From Myxococcales bacterium (GTDB lineage Bacteria; Myxococcota_A; UBA9042; UBA3505): a stretch of 57,788 bases of DNA. The DNA is taken from positions 1 to 57,788 of the forward strand of contig CAUZEG010000005.1 of NCBI GenBank assembly GCA_963578775.1, read 5' to 3'. The notes under the pieces are model-generated. The model saw only the letters and a program-made list of their open reading frames with translations, was not told the DNA's origin and searched no databases. This document shows positions 20,301 to 29,036 of this stretch, piece after piece (within the stretch, counting starts at the first letter, position 1; the number at the start of each line of letters is the position of its first letter). Made by a program: the position numbers and the translations under genes.

Positions 20301-20510
20301 GAATGTGTGGGCCTGATGGCTTTGCTCGAAGAAGCGCCGTATGGGGCGACCGTGAAGGCGTGCCAGGACATGCAGACACTGGCCATTCCGAGCCGGGAGT
20401 TTCGACAGTTGATTGATATGCATCCACCTCTCTCCAAATGGATTGTCTGTATGCTCGCACGGCGTATCCGAATTCGAATGGATGCTCCGGGTCTGGGAGG
20501 TGTGGCATGA
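17358..20510 (+). CDS. Npt/TLC-like nucleotide-transporter MFS domain + HEAT repeats + cNMP-binding domain protein
   Basis: About 12 TM segments with RQAKRL, VDYQF and RAKTLVDG motifs; helical HEAT-like middle region; C-terminal cNMP fold (IVEQGEE...VGLMALLEEAPYGATV). Confidence 0.85.
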   Translation: MGATTAMKRGFYRLLSLDPSDQPRLWLLAPSFAISAATLIILASVSKALFLAAHPVSRLPWLYLGSALFTAVIALSYVHSIERTSLERRFRVLLSAAIVSFGVIRLIFPSNPEIMSIVIFLWCPGVGYLVAVQAWNMSSSLLPTRQAKRLVPVLASLATLGAVLGGLLVQLFLTWSASENLIWLAVALLSVLLLTVGHACEKLRGQLAFRGPAVRPRMNESREDASAEIKRDESIRSLFRQPMLRNLALFVFMAQVASLVVDYQFSAEIQGRYRDPDAMASFLGAYYWIANLVIFVLTLFVTRRVVRVLGIGVALCAGVVFLALGSGSYLVAVSSGLLPAFWVITTTAFMERLGHFALTRSATQMLVMPLDTRTGERAKTLVDGVVYKVASVAGALCLLVFVNVDIHLLSLLAVVAAFAAVWLGLRMGPLYRDILFDALKERKLHVTVTRYLRNGLGRRATRQLEDRLISDDRETVIGALSMVRDLGLPVKQGQLDILAASDDDTAAGLSLEVMQVLGRRPSPLLLIVLLNPERPVDLLRRTLKTLPYENMPGLDKAIHKLIDHPDEAVSSLAGVFWMRVSGGYTTGEIEREIDQDESPERYLDVHARPPRAVTGQVKVIEIARELPEKLKDPSMEVRRNTVRTMGELGLPKFVEHLVECLKDPDLRPDAVRALVSYGADVLSDLNGYLKDDLVGREGRLAITRIAAKIGGMEAMAVLEGEVEAQEQESRTHALAAMWRLVRNPAEIRPEPEWCRSMVLRELETLKHYAAIEVWTPKTIDPRMQFFREELVGLRNAAERRVFYLLGMLYPRDAMYKAYLYYRSENTRSRSNALELLDQHISDSSLRVFVMLVEGAEETTGEVRPRSSIFLPILDNADPLTLLGGPDAWLRRVWDWAHTPDEVDEDTRVALDRAVEFTRLRVFEGINGPELLELARRMVPTMVARGDVIVEQGEEAHHLHVVMGGEVAVFVHGQEVAHLGDQECVGLMALLEEAPYGATVKACQDMQTLAIPSREFRQLIDMHPPLSKWIVCMLARRIRIRMDAPGLGGVA

Positions 20511-22057
20511 GAAAATTTGGATGGCTGGGGGCCTTTGTTTTGCCGTTCGGGCTGGCGCTGGGCTGCGGCTCGACGCCCAGGATCATCTCGGTTGAGAAGG
20601 TGGAACCCGCTCCGAAGACCTGGCTGGAGAAGCAGGTCGACGGTGCCTATAGAAAACATTGTTCCAGTCTACGTGCGGAACATGAGTCGGATGTGAAAAA
20701 GGGTCATTACCTTCCGGTTACTTTGAGCATTCTCACAGACGGGGTGGGAGTGAAGGATATCGAGGAGCGGGCGTTAATGGTGGAACTGAAGAAGCCGGCG
20801 GGCGTCCATGGGGTTGTGCAGGGCCGTGGTGGTCTGGGTAAGTCGCGTTTGGCCATGGCGCTGGAGGCCCAGCTTTGTGGTGAAATACCGGTCTTTATGG
20901 TGGACCTTTCGGAGCTGTTTGAGCGGGATCGCCGTCAGTTGTCGGAGCGGGGCATTATGGACGTGATCCATGACCGGGTGGGAGGACAGGATCCAGAGCT
21001 AGAAAAGGTTCTCCAGGAAAAGCCCTGGTTGCTGCTCCTCGATTCACTGGACGAGGTGCATCTCGAAGCACGGGACCGGGCGATCAAGGGGATTGAAGCT
21101 ATTCGGGGACGCTATCCGAAGAGCCTGAACAGCCTTGTCTTTGTGCGGGTTCCGGTGCATCCGAAAGTGGCCGACCTGGCCTTTCGGGGGAATAACTACG
21201 AGCTGCAGCCACTACCCGTGCTACGGGCCGATGAGCTTCTTGACCAGGCCCTTGGGTCCAGGGTTGGGGCTTTTATGGAGTTCGCCGAGAGTACGAGCCT
21301 CGATCGCACCACAATGGCCCGTAGTGGCTATTATGGATATGTGCATCTTTCGACCTATCGTGACGTCAAGGTCGCGCGAAAGGTGGCGGCGAGTTTTGCC
21401 TTCCGGACTGATAATCTGCCCTGGAGCTTTGTGCCTACCCGCTTTGATCTCTACACCGAGTTCGCCAAACTTCTGGCCGAGCCCGCCGCCCGGACACTGC
21501 AATGGAAGACGGCGGAGGTGATCGCCCTGGTAGAACGGATGATCCAGGCGAAAAGCCCGACCCCACAAACCCGGTCTCTGGTCTTTGACGAGCGCGATTG
21601 CCTGACGCAGATCCCGGCCAATCTGGTGGCCTCCGCGGTCTGCGATACGGTTTTGCAGTCGCCCTTGTTCCGGCCTACGCATACCGATTCGCGTTTCAAA
21701 CTGCGAAACCAGAGTATCCTGGATCGTTTTCTGGCGTCGTGGGCCGATGTCCAGATCTCCAACGCGGGTAAGAAGGGCTGTGCCGAGGTGACGCGACTCG
21801 CACCCCTATTTGAATCCGCCGAGATTGCCGGCTTCCTGGCGGGGGCCCCGTCTGGGCGCACCTGCGGCCCCGAGATACTGGCGGCGTTATGCGGAATGGG
21901 CGTTGATTCGGTGCAGGTATTTGAGCTGTTGGATCAGGGGCTTCCCATGAAGGTTCGGACGAAAAAGAAGTTCAAGATCCGGGAGGGTTCCCTGGCGCAA
22001 CAGGCCTGTGTACGCGATGTGCTCGATGGCCTGTTTACGAGTGGAGACTACCGATGA
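20507..22057 (+). CDS. Lipoprotein with NACHT/STAND-like P-loop NTPase domain
   Basis: ATG at 20507 after GGAGG; lipobox LALGC; Walker A GRGGLGKS; Walker B LLLLDSLDE. Confidence 0.72.
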   Translation: MRKFGWLGAFVLPFGLALGCGSTPRIISVEKVEPAPKTWLEKQVDGAYRKHCSSLRAEHESDVKKGHYLPVTLSILTDGVGVKDIEERALMVELKKPAGVHGVVQGRGGLGKSRLAMALEAQLCGEIPVFMVDLSELFERDRRQLSERGIMDVIHDRVGGQDPELEKVLQEKPWLLLLDSLDEVHLEARDRAIKGIEAIRGRYPKSLNSLVFVRVPVHPKVADLAFRGNNYELQPLPVLRADELLDQALGSRVGAFMEFAESTSLDRTTMARSGYYGYVHLSTYRDVKVARKVAASFAFRTDNLPWSFVPTRFDLYTEFAKLLAEPAARTLQWKTAEVIALVERMIQAKSPTPQTRSLVFDERDCLTQIPANLVASAVCDTVLQSPLFRPTHTDSRFKLRNQSILDRFLASWADVQISNAGKKGCAEVTRLAPLFESAEIAGFLAGAPSGRTCGPEILAALCGMGVDSVQVFELLDQGLPMKVRTKKKFKIREGSLAQQACVRDVLDGLFTSGDYR

Positions 22058-22494
22058 TCGATGGCAAGGCCAGCATGGTTCTTCCGGTTCGCTATCTGGA
22101 GATGATCATTCGTCTCAAGAATAGCGACCTCTTCTCCAAGCTTACGACCGAACAGCTCTTTCCCCTGGCCGACATCCTCACGGAGGTGGACTTCAAGGCG
22201 GGTGAAGTGGTTGTGGAGCAGGGGAGTGCCGGAGACCATATGTATCTGATCCTGGAGGGTCAGCTGACTGCCTTGCATGATGGGAAGGAGGTCGCCAAGT
22301 TCGAGATGGGAAGCTGTTTCGGTGAACTGGCTATGCTGGATCGGGGGGTTCGAACTGCTACCGTACGGACGGATACGGCGACTCGTCTGGCGGCGATTGC
22401 CCACGATGATTTCCACGATCTCCTGGCCATGTATCCCGACTTGTCTCGGGCTGTAACGGAGATCCTGCTAACGCGTCTGCGCGAACTGCGCTAG
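22054..22494 (+). CDS. Cyclic nucleotide-binding domain protein (no HTH)
   Basis: VVEQGSAGDHMYLILEG...FGELAMLDRGVRTATV, an intact phosphate-binding cassette. Confidence 0.92.
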   Translation: MIDGKASMVLPVRYLEMIIRLKNSDLFSKLTTEQLFPLADILTEVDFKAGEVVVEQGSAGDHMYLILEGQLTALHDGKEVAKFEMGSCFGELAMLDRGVRTATVRTDTATRLAAIAHDDFHDLLAMYPDLSRAVTEILLTRLRELR

Positions 22495-22627
22495 ACCATG
22501 AAAACAGAGACTGCCTTATGGGGTTTTCGGTGCAGAATTTGCTTGGAATAGGCCGATCACTGCGCTAGAAACGTGGGCTCGGATTCTTTCGTGCCGCCGA
22601 GCAGAAATATAGTTGGAGCCCTACCGT

Positions 22628-23854
22628 ATGGAATTACATCCGTTTCGCGCCTTGAGACCACCTAGAGCATTGGTAGCTCAGGTCGCGAGTCCGCCCTACG
22701 ATGTTATGAATTCAGCCGAGGCGCGGGAGTACGTAAAAGGCAAACCAAACTCCTTTCTGCATGTGGTAAAGCCCGAGGTAAATCTGTCCGAGGATATCAG
22801 CGTCTACTCGGATGAAGTGTATCGGGAGGCGGGCACCCAACTGCGGCGCCTGGAGCGGGATGGGGCGTTGGTTCGTGATCAGGGTCCCGCGCTGTGGCTG
22901 TATCGACTCATTATGGACGGCCGTGCCCAATTTGGAATGGTCGGTTGTTCCAATGTGGATGACTATGTTTCCGGGGCCATCAAGAAACATGAGTTCACCC
23001 GCCCCGATAAGGAGGACGATCGGACCCGTCATGTCGACGAGACGAACGCCCATACAGGTCCTGTATTTCTGGCCTGTCGGTCGACTCCGGCGCTGCGCAC
23101 CCTGCAGGATGAATGTTCGGCCACAGAGCCCGAGTTCGATTTCTGTGCAGCGGATGGGATCCAGCACACCCTCTGGCGGGTGGATGATGAGGGTCTTTTG
23201 AGTCGGGCTGCCCAGGCCTATTCTGGTGTGGACAGCTTTTATGTCGCCGATGGACATCACCGGGCTGCGAGCGCATGGCGGGTATGCGAGTTGCGTCGTG
23301 AACGAGGCCAGGGTGGAGGATCAGCCGAGCGGTTTCTTACGGTGGTCTTCCCAGCGGATCAGCTGTCGATTATGGCCTATAATCGCTATGTCCACGATTT
23401 GAATGGACTGGATTCTAGCGGGTTTCTGCACCAGATTGAGAGCTGTTTCGAGGTCCGGGAGCCCGATAATGAAGCTATCCCCAAGCGGCGTCATGAGATC
23501 GCCATGTATCTGGACGGGAAGTGGCGCATGCTGTGCGTGCGGCCTGGATTTGTGGATGAGGACGATGCTGTGGCACGGCTGGATGTGGCCATCTTGCAGG
23601 AACGGCTATTGGCCCCTGTCCTGGGCATTGACGATCCGCGTACCAATGAGCGTATTACCTTTGTGGGCGGTATTCGTGGTTCCGCCGAACTTGTTCGTCT
23701 CGTGGACGGTGGGGGAGGCGTTGCGTTCTCCATGTATGCTACGAGTATTGAAGAGCTCTTTACCGTGGCGGATGCCGACCGGGTGATGCCGCCCAAATCC
23801 ACCTGGTTTGAGCCCAAACTGGCGAGTGGAATCATCGTTCATCCTCTGGATTGA
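22628..23854 (+). CDS. DUF1015 family protein
   Basis: SPPYDV, IKKHEFT, YVADGHHR and MPPKSTWFEPK motifs. Confidence 0.93.
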   Translation: MELHPFRALRPPRALVAQVASPPYDVMNSAEAREYVKGKPNSFLHVVKPEVNLSEDISVYSDEVYREAGTQLRRLERDGALVRDQGPALWLYRLIMDGRAQFGMVGCSNVDDYVSGAIKKHEFTRPDKEDDRTRHVDETNAHTGPVFLACRSTPALRTLQDECSATEPEFDFCAADGIQHTLWRVDDEGLLSRAAQAYSGVDSFYVADGHHRAASAWRVCELRRERGQGGGSAERFLTVVFPADQLSIMAYNRYVHDLNGLDSSGFLHQIESCFEVREPDNEAIPKRRHEIAMYLDGKWRMLCVRPGFVDEDDAVARLDVAILQERLLAPVLGIDDPRTNERITFVGGIRGSAELVRLVDGGGGVAFSMYATSIEELFTVADADRVMPPKSTWFEPKLASGIIVHPLD

Positions 23855-23981
23855 CCCGATCTGACCACATCCGTGCAGAAACGGGCTTTCATGATTGGGG
23901 ATGATGTCGTATGGTGGCGGCCCTTCGGGTGTTGGCCGCCCGGAGATCAGAGGTTCCAAACGAACCAGGAGGAGAGACCCC

Positions 23982-25217
23982 ATGACTGAAGCCTGGATCA
24001 TCGACGCCGTTCGAACGCCCCGCGGCCGTGGCAAGAAAGACAAAGGTGCCTTATCGGGTATTCACCCCCAGGAGCTGATGTCGCAGACCTTTCGGCAGCT
24101 CGAAAAGAAGAGCTCTGTTGACACCCGCCTGATTGAAGATGTGGTGCTCGGTTGTGTGTCTCAGGTGTCTGAACAGGGGGCCAATATTGCCCGCAATAGC
24201 GTATTGGCTGCCGATTGGCCCGAGAGCATTACGGGTGTGAGTCTGAATCGATTCTGTGGATCGGGTGCGCAAGCTGTGAACTTTGCTGCCATGGGAGTGA
24301 TGAGCGGTCAGCAACAGCTGGTCGTTGGTGGTGGCGTGGAGAGTATGTCGCGGGTCACGATGGGGGCTGACGGGGCCGGCATGGATGGAAATAATCTACG
24401 ATTGCGGCAGCGGGTCGCCCAGGTGCCGCAGGGCATCAGCGCCGATCTTATCGCCACCATCGAAGGGATAGACCGGGCCCAACTGGACGAGTTCGCCTAC
24501 CAGAGCCAGCAGAACGCGGCGACCGCGATCGAACAGGGGCGCTTTGGAAAGAGCTTGTTCCCGGTCACGGATCCGTCCAGCGGAGAAGTGGCTCTAGCCC
24601 GGGACGAGCACCCTCGGCCGGAGACCACGGTCGAAGGTCTGGGACAACTTCCCGCGGTCTTCGCGAGAATGGGAGCTATGCCGGCGGGACCCAATGGGGA
24701 GACCCTGGATGAAATCGCTCTTCTTCGCTATCCCAATGTGGCCGCTATCAACCATGTGCATTCTCCGGGTTCAGCCAGTGGGATCGTAGATGGTGCTGCG
24801 GCCGTGCTGCTTGCATCAGCCGATTTTGCCGCTGCCCATGGCTTGAAAGGGCGGGCCCGGATCCGCGCCACCGCGACGGTGGGTGCCGAGCCGGTGATCA
24901 TGCTTACGGCACCTACGCCCGCGTCGGAAAAGGCGCTTCGCCTGGCTGGATTACAGGCCTCGGACATCGATCTCTGGGAAGTCAATGAGGCGTTTGCTGT
25001 GGTGCCCTTGCAGATTATGCGAAATCTGGGGATCCCCCGTGATAAGGTCAATGTGAATGGTGGGGCTATCGCCCTCGGGCATCCGCTGGGAGCCACCGGA
25101 GCCATGTTGATCGGTACAGTCGTGGACGAGTTGGAACGCCAGGATCTGACCTTTGGTCTGGTCACCCTCTGTATTGGGGGCGGTCAGGGAATTGCTACAA
25201 TCATCGAGCGTATCTGA
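23982..25217 (+). CDS. Acetyl-CoA C-acyltransferase (thiolase)
   Basis: ATG after AGGAGG; [19 protein letters not shown] and CIGGGQG motifs. Confidence 0.96.
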   Translation: MTEAWIIDAVRTPRGRGKKDKGALSGIHPQELMSQTFRQLEKKSSVDTRLIEDVVLGCVSQVSEQGANIARNSVLAADWPESITGVSLNRFCGSGAQAVNFAAMGVMSGQQQLVVGGGVESMSRVTMGADGAGMDGNNLRLRQRVAQVPQGISADLIATIEGIDRAQLDEFAYQSQQNAATAIEQGRFGKSLFPVTDPSSGEVALARDEHPRPETTVEGLGQLPAVFARMGAMPAGPNGETLDEIALLRYPNVAAINHVHSPGSASGIVDGAAAVLLASADFAAAHGLKGRARIRATATVGAEPVIMLTAPTPASEKALRLAGLQASDIDLWEVNEAFAVVPLQIMRNLGIPRDKVNVNGGAIALGHPLGATGAMLIGTVVDELERQDLTFGLVTLCIGGGQGIATIIERI

Positions 25218-25234
25218 AGCCTTTGGAGGTATTC

Positions 25235-26152
25235 GTGGCGAAAACGCCCGAAACAGGTCTTACCCACATCCGGCAGTTGGAAGCCGAGAGTATCCACATC
25301 ATTCGGGAGGTGGCGGCTGAGTTCGACAACCCGGTGATGTTGTACTCCATTGGCAAGGACTCGTCGGTGATGGTGCATCTCGCTCGGAAGGCCTTCCATC
25401 CAGGGAAGGTCCCTTTCCCCTTGTTGCATGTGGATACCACCTACAAGTTTCGCGAGATGATTACCTTTCGGGATGATTTCTGTGCACGGCATGGTCTGGA
25501 CCTGTTGGTCCATAGCAATATGGAGGCTGTGGCGGAGGGGATCTCTCCCTTTGTGCATGGAAGCCAGAAATATACCAACGCTTATAAGACAGAGGGGCTT
25601 TTGCAGGCCTTGTCGGCCGGCGGCTATGACGCGGCCTTCGGGGGGGCGCGGCGCGATGAGGAGAAGTCCCGGGCCAAGGAGCGTATCTACTCCTTCCGAG
25701 ATCGATTCCACCAATGGGATCCAAAGAACCAGCGCCCGGAACTCTGGAATATCTTCAACGCCAAGGTGAATAACGGTGAGAGCATTCGCGTCTTCCCCTT
25801 GTCCAACTGGACGGAACTGGATGTATGGCTCTACATCTATCTCGAAAGTATTGAGACCGTGCCCCTGTACTTCGCTAAGGAACGACCGGTTGTCAGACGA
25901 CAGGGACAGCTGATCATGGTGGACGATGACCGTCTTCCGCTGGAGGAGGGGGAAGAGCCGGAGATGAAGGTAGTCCGCTTTCGTACCCTGGGCTGTTACC
26001 CGCTTACCGCCGCCGTGGAATCCGAGGCCGACACACTGCCTAAGATCATCGAGGAGATGTTGAACACCCGGCACTCCGAACGACATGGCCGCCTGATTGA
26101 TTTCGACGAGGAAGGCTCCATGGAGCTCAAGAAGCGCGAGGGGTACTTCTGA
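25235..26152 (+). CDS. cysD: Sulfate adenylyltransferase subunit 2
   Basis: GTG after GGAGG; [23 protein letters not shown] and terminal KKREGYF. Confidence 0.97.
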   Translation: MAKTPETGLTHIRQLEAESIHIIREVAAEFDNPVMLYSIGKDSSVMVHLARKAFHPGKVPFPLLHVDTTYKFREMITFRDDFCARHGLDLLVHSNMEAVAEGISPFVHGSQKYTNAYKTEGLLQALSAGGYDAAFGGARRDEEKSRAKERIYSFRDRFHQWDPKNQRPELWNIFNAKVNNGESIRVFPLSNWTELDVWLYIYLESIETVPLYFAKERPVVRRQGQLIMVDDDRLPLEEGEEPEMKVVRFRTLGCYPLTAAVESEADTLPKIIEEMLNTRHSERHGRLIDFDEEGSMELKKREGYF

Positions 26153-28035
26153 TGTATGCCGACCAGCTGGATACCGACATCCAGACCTTCTTGACTCGTC
26201 ACCAGACCAAGGATCTGCTGCGATTTGTATCGGTCGGATCGGTGGATGATGGGAAATCCACCATGATCGGCCGTCTATTATATGACGCTGGTGGTGTGTA
26301 CGAAGACAATCTGGACGACGCGCGGAATCGCGCGGACAAAGACGGGGAGATTGATTTCGCGCGACTGACCGATGGGCTCCGGGCGGAGCGCGAGCAGGGC
26401 ATTACCATCGACGTGGCCTATCGCTATTTCACGACCGCCAAACGCAAATTCATAATCGCCGACACGCCGGGCCACATCCAATACACCCGAAATATGGCCA
26501 CGGGCGCGTCGACGGCGGACCTGGCCATCATCCTTATCGACGCGCGTCTTGGTGTGCTTCAGCAATCTCGTCGCCATGCCTATATCGCATCTCTACTCGG
26601 CATCCCGCATCTTCTCGTGGCGGTGAATAAGATGGATCTGGCGGATTTCGACCAGACGGTCTACGACGCCATCGTTGCTGATTTCTCTGCCGTGGCCGCA
26701 CATCTGGATTTTGATGAGGTTACCTTCCTTCCGATGAGCGCTCTGCATGGGGACAATATAGTTACAGCTGGTAACAAGTTGCCCTGGTATACGGGGCCAA
26801 CGCTCCTGGAACATCTGGAGACGGTCGACATTCGGAAAGACCGGGCCACAGAGGCGTTTCGCTATCCGGTCCAATATGTGATCCGCCCCAACCAGAACTA
26901 CCGTGGGTTTGCGGGGCAGATCGCCTCAGGCACGGTTCGGACGGGGGATTCGATCTGCGTTCTACCCTCCGGTCAGACCAGCACAGTGAAGGCCATTGAT
27001 ACCTTTGCAGGCGAAGTGGATTACGCATTTGCCCCCATGTCGGTCACGATTCGGCTCGATGACGAAATCGATGTCAGCCGGGGCGATGTCATTACCCGGG
27101 TGGGCGAAGAAACGGATACGGGGCGGCACTTTGACGCGTTGATGGTGTGGATGTCCGAAACGCCATTGGATACCCGCAAATCCTATCTGATCAAGCACGG
27201 CAGTCAGTATCTTCGTGCGGAGCTCTCCACGGTGCATTTCCGGATCGATCTGGACGATCTATCCAATGCTGCGGCCGATGAATTGGTCTTGAATGATATC
27301 GGAGCGGTCTCGGTGACATGTCATCGTGAGATACCCCACGATAGCTACCTCAAGAATCGAAGCACAGGTGCCTTCGTCGTTATCGATACCCTGACCAATG
27401 AGACGGTTGCTGCGGGCATGATCACAGATATCGCCGCCAACGATCGGGTCGAGGAGGACGTGGAGTTACTGGACCGACCGCATAGTGGTGTGAGCCCACG
27501 AGAGCGACAGGATCGACTTGGTCATGAGGGAGCCGTCGTATGGATGAGTGGTCTTCCTGCAGCCGGAAAATCCACGATCGGCTATGCCCTGGAACGGCGC
27601 CTCTTCGATCTGGGTTGTATGTGTCATGTGCTTGATCCCGAGGCGTCCGGACCCGATTCGGAATACGAAGCGGATGTGGATCTTAGCGGGGTGGCCCGTA
27701 CGGCCGCCGAGCTTGGGAGAGCGGGTGTTATCGTGGTTGTAAGCTATAGCAGTGCCCTGGAGACCCATCGATCGATGGCGAGAGTGGCCGCTGCGGGGTG
27801 TCGGTTTTTGGAAGTCCATGTGGCGACGCCGATCGAACTTTGTCGTGCCCGCGATGCCAAGGGTCTATACGAACGCGCGGACTCGAAAGCTTCACAATCC
27901 AGACTACCGGGAGCGGGCGCTGACTTTGAAACCCCAGCCCGGGCGGATGTTACGGTACAGGCCAACGATCTGGATCAATCGGTGTCGGAATTGGTTGCTG
28001 CTCTGGTCGATGCCGGGGTGCTGACCCTGGGCTGA
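26152..28035 (+). CDS. cysNC: Sulfate adenylyltransferase subunit 1 fused to a degenerate APS-kinase domain (CysN/CysC)
   Basis: GSVDDGKST, EREQGITIDVAYRYF, DTPGH and NKMD motifs; C-terminal WMSGLPAAGKST...RDAKGLY. Confidence 0.93.
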   Translation: MYADQLDTDIQTFLTRHQTKDLLRFVSVGSVDDGKSTMIGRLLYDAGGVYEDNLDDARNRADKDGEIDFARLTDGLRAEREQGITIDVAYRYFTTAKRKFIIADTPGHIQYTRNMATGASTADLAIILIDARLGVLQQSRRHAYIASLLGIPHLLVAVNKMDLADFDQTVYDAIVADFSAVAAHLDFDEVTFLPMSALHGDNIVTAGNKLPWYTGPTLLEHLETVDIRKDRATEAFRYPVQYVIRPNQNYRGFAGQIASGTVRTGDSICVLPSGQTSTVKAIDTFAGEVDYAFAPMSVTIRLDDEIDVSRGDVITRVGEETDTGRHFDALMVWMSETPLDTRKSYLIKHGSQYLRAELSTVHFRIDLDDLSNAAADELVLNDIGAVSVTCHREIPHDSYLKNRSTGAFVVIDTLTNETVAAGMITDIAANDRVEEDVELLDRPHSGVSPRERQDRLGHEGAVVWMSGLPAAGKSTIGYALERRLFDLGCMCHVLDPEASGPDSEYEADVDLSGVARTAAELGRAGVIVVVSYSSALETHRSMARVAAAGCRFLEVHVATPIELCRARDAKGLYERADSKASQSRLPGAGADFETPARADVTVQANDLDQSVSELVAALVDAGVLTLG

Positions 28036-28101
28036 AGGGCCGGGGCTTGACCCGCCGTTCACTTCCTTCGATACTCCCTGCTCCGAGAACCGGGGAGTCC
28101 T

Positions 28102-28926
28102 ATGAGCGATCTGAAGGGAAAAACACTGTTCATTACCGGAGCGAGTCGGGGCATAGGCTTGGCCATGGCTCTGCGTGCGGCACGAGACGGCGCCAATGTG
28201 GTCATTGCGGCGAAGACTACGGAGCCCCATCCGAAGCTGCCGGGAACCATCTTTACCGCAGCGGAAGAGATTAAAGCGGCCGGCGGCCAGGCACTGGCCT
28301 GCAAGGTGGATATCCGGTTTGAGGAAGAGGTGCAGGCGGCTATGGATACGGCGGTTGAGACCTTCGGGGGAATCGATGTGCTGATCAATAATGCCAGCGC
28401 CATCAACCTTACGGGAACCCTTCAAACGACGATGAAGCGTTACGATCTTATGCATCAGATCAATGCGCGCGGTTCGTTCCTCTGCTCGAAGTTGGCCATT
28501 CCCCATCTGATGAAGGCCGAAAATCCGCATATCCTCAATATTTCACCGCCATTGAGCATGAAGGCCAAATGGTTCCAGAATCATTCGGCCTATACCCTGG
28601 CCAAGTATTCGATGAGTGTCTGGGTCCTTGGGATGTCGGCGGAGTTCGCCGCGGCCGGTGTCGGTATCAACGCGCTCTGGCCCAGAACAGCCATTGCCAC
28701 GGCAGCGGTACGTAATATCCTGGGCGGCGACGCGATGTGTAACCAGAGCCGAACTCCGGAAATCATGGCCGATGCGGCCCACGCGATATTATGTCGAGAG
28801 GCAAGAAGCTGTACGGGAAACTTCTTTATCGACGACGAAGTGCTTACCGATGAAGGCGTGTCGGACTTCGATTCCTATTCAGTAGTGCCAGGAGCCAATC
28901 TTATTCAGGACTTCTTTCTGGATTAG
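28102..28926 (+). CDS. Short-chain dehydrogenase (HSDL2-like)
   Basis: TGASRGIG, AKTTEPHPKLPGTI, YTLAK and NALWPRTAIATAA motifs. Confidence 0.92.
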   Translation: MSDLKGKTLFITGASRGIGLAMALRAARDGANVVIAAKTTEPHPKLPGTIFTAAEEIKAAGGQALACKVDIRFEEEVQAAMDTAVETFGGIDVLINNASAINLTGTLQTTMKRYDLMHQINARGSFLCSKLAIPHLMKAENPHILNISPPLSMKAKWFQNHSAYTLAKYSMSVWVLGMSAEFAAAGVGINALWPRTAIATAAVRNILGGDAMCNQSRTPEIMADAAHAILCREARSCTGNFFIDDEVLTDEGVSDFDSYSVVPGANLIQDFFLD

Positions 28927-29036
28927 ATAGGCGATTGATACGTTCCGGTGTGTTTCTGACAATTCCTACGTGACCCGGAACCGGAAATCCGCTACAGGTG
29001 TGCGCTTCAGGGTTTAATTTTCTGAATGAGGCGCTT

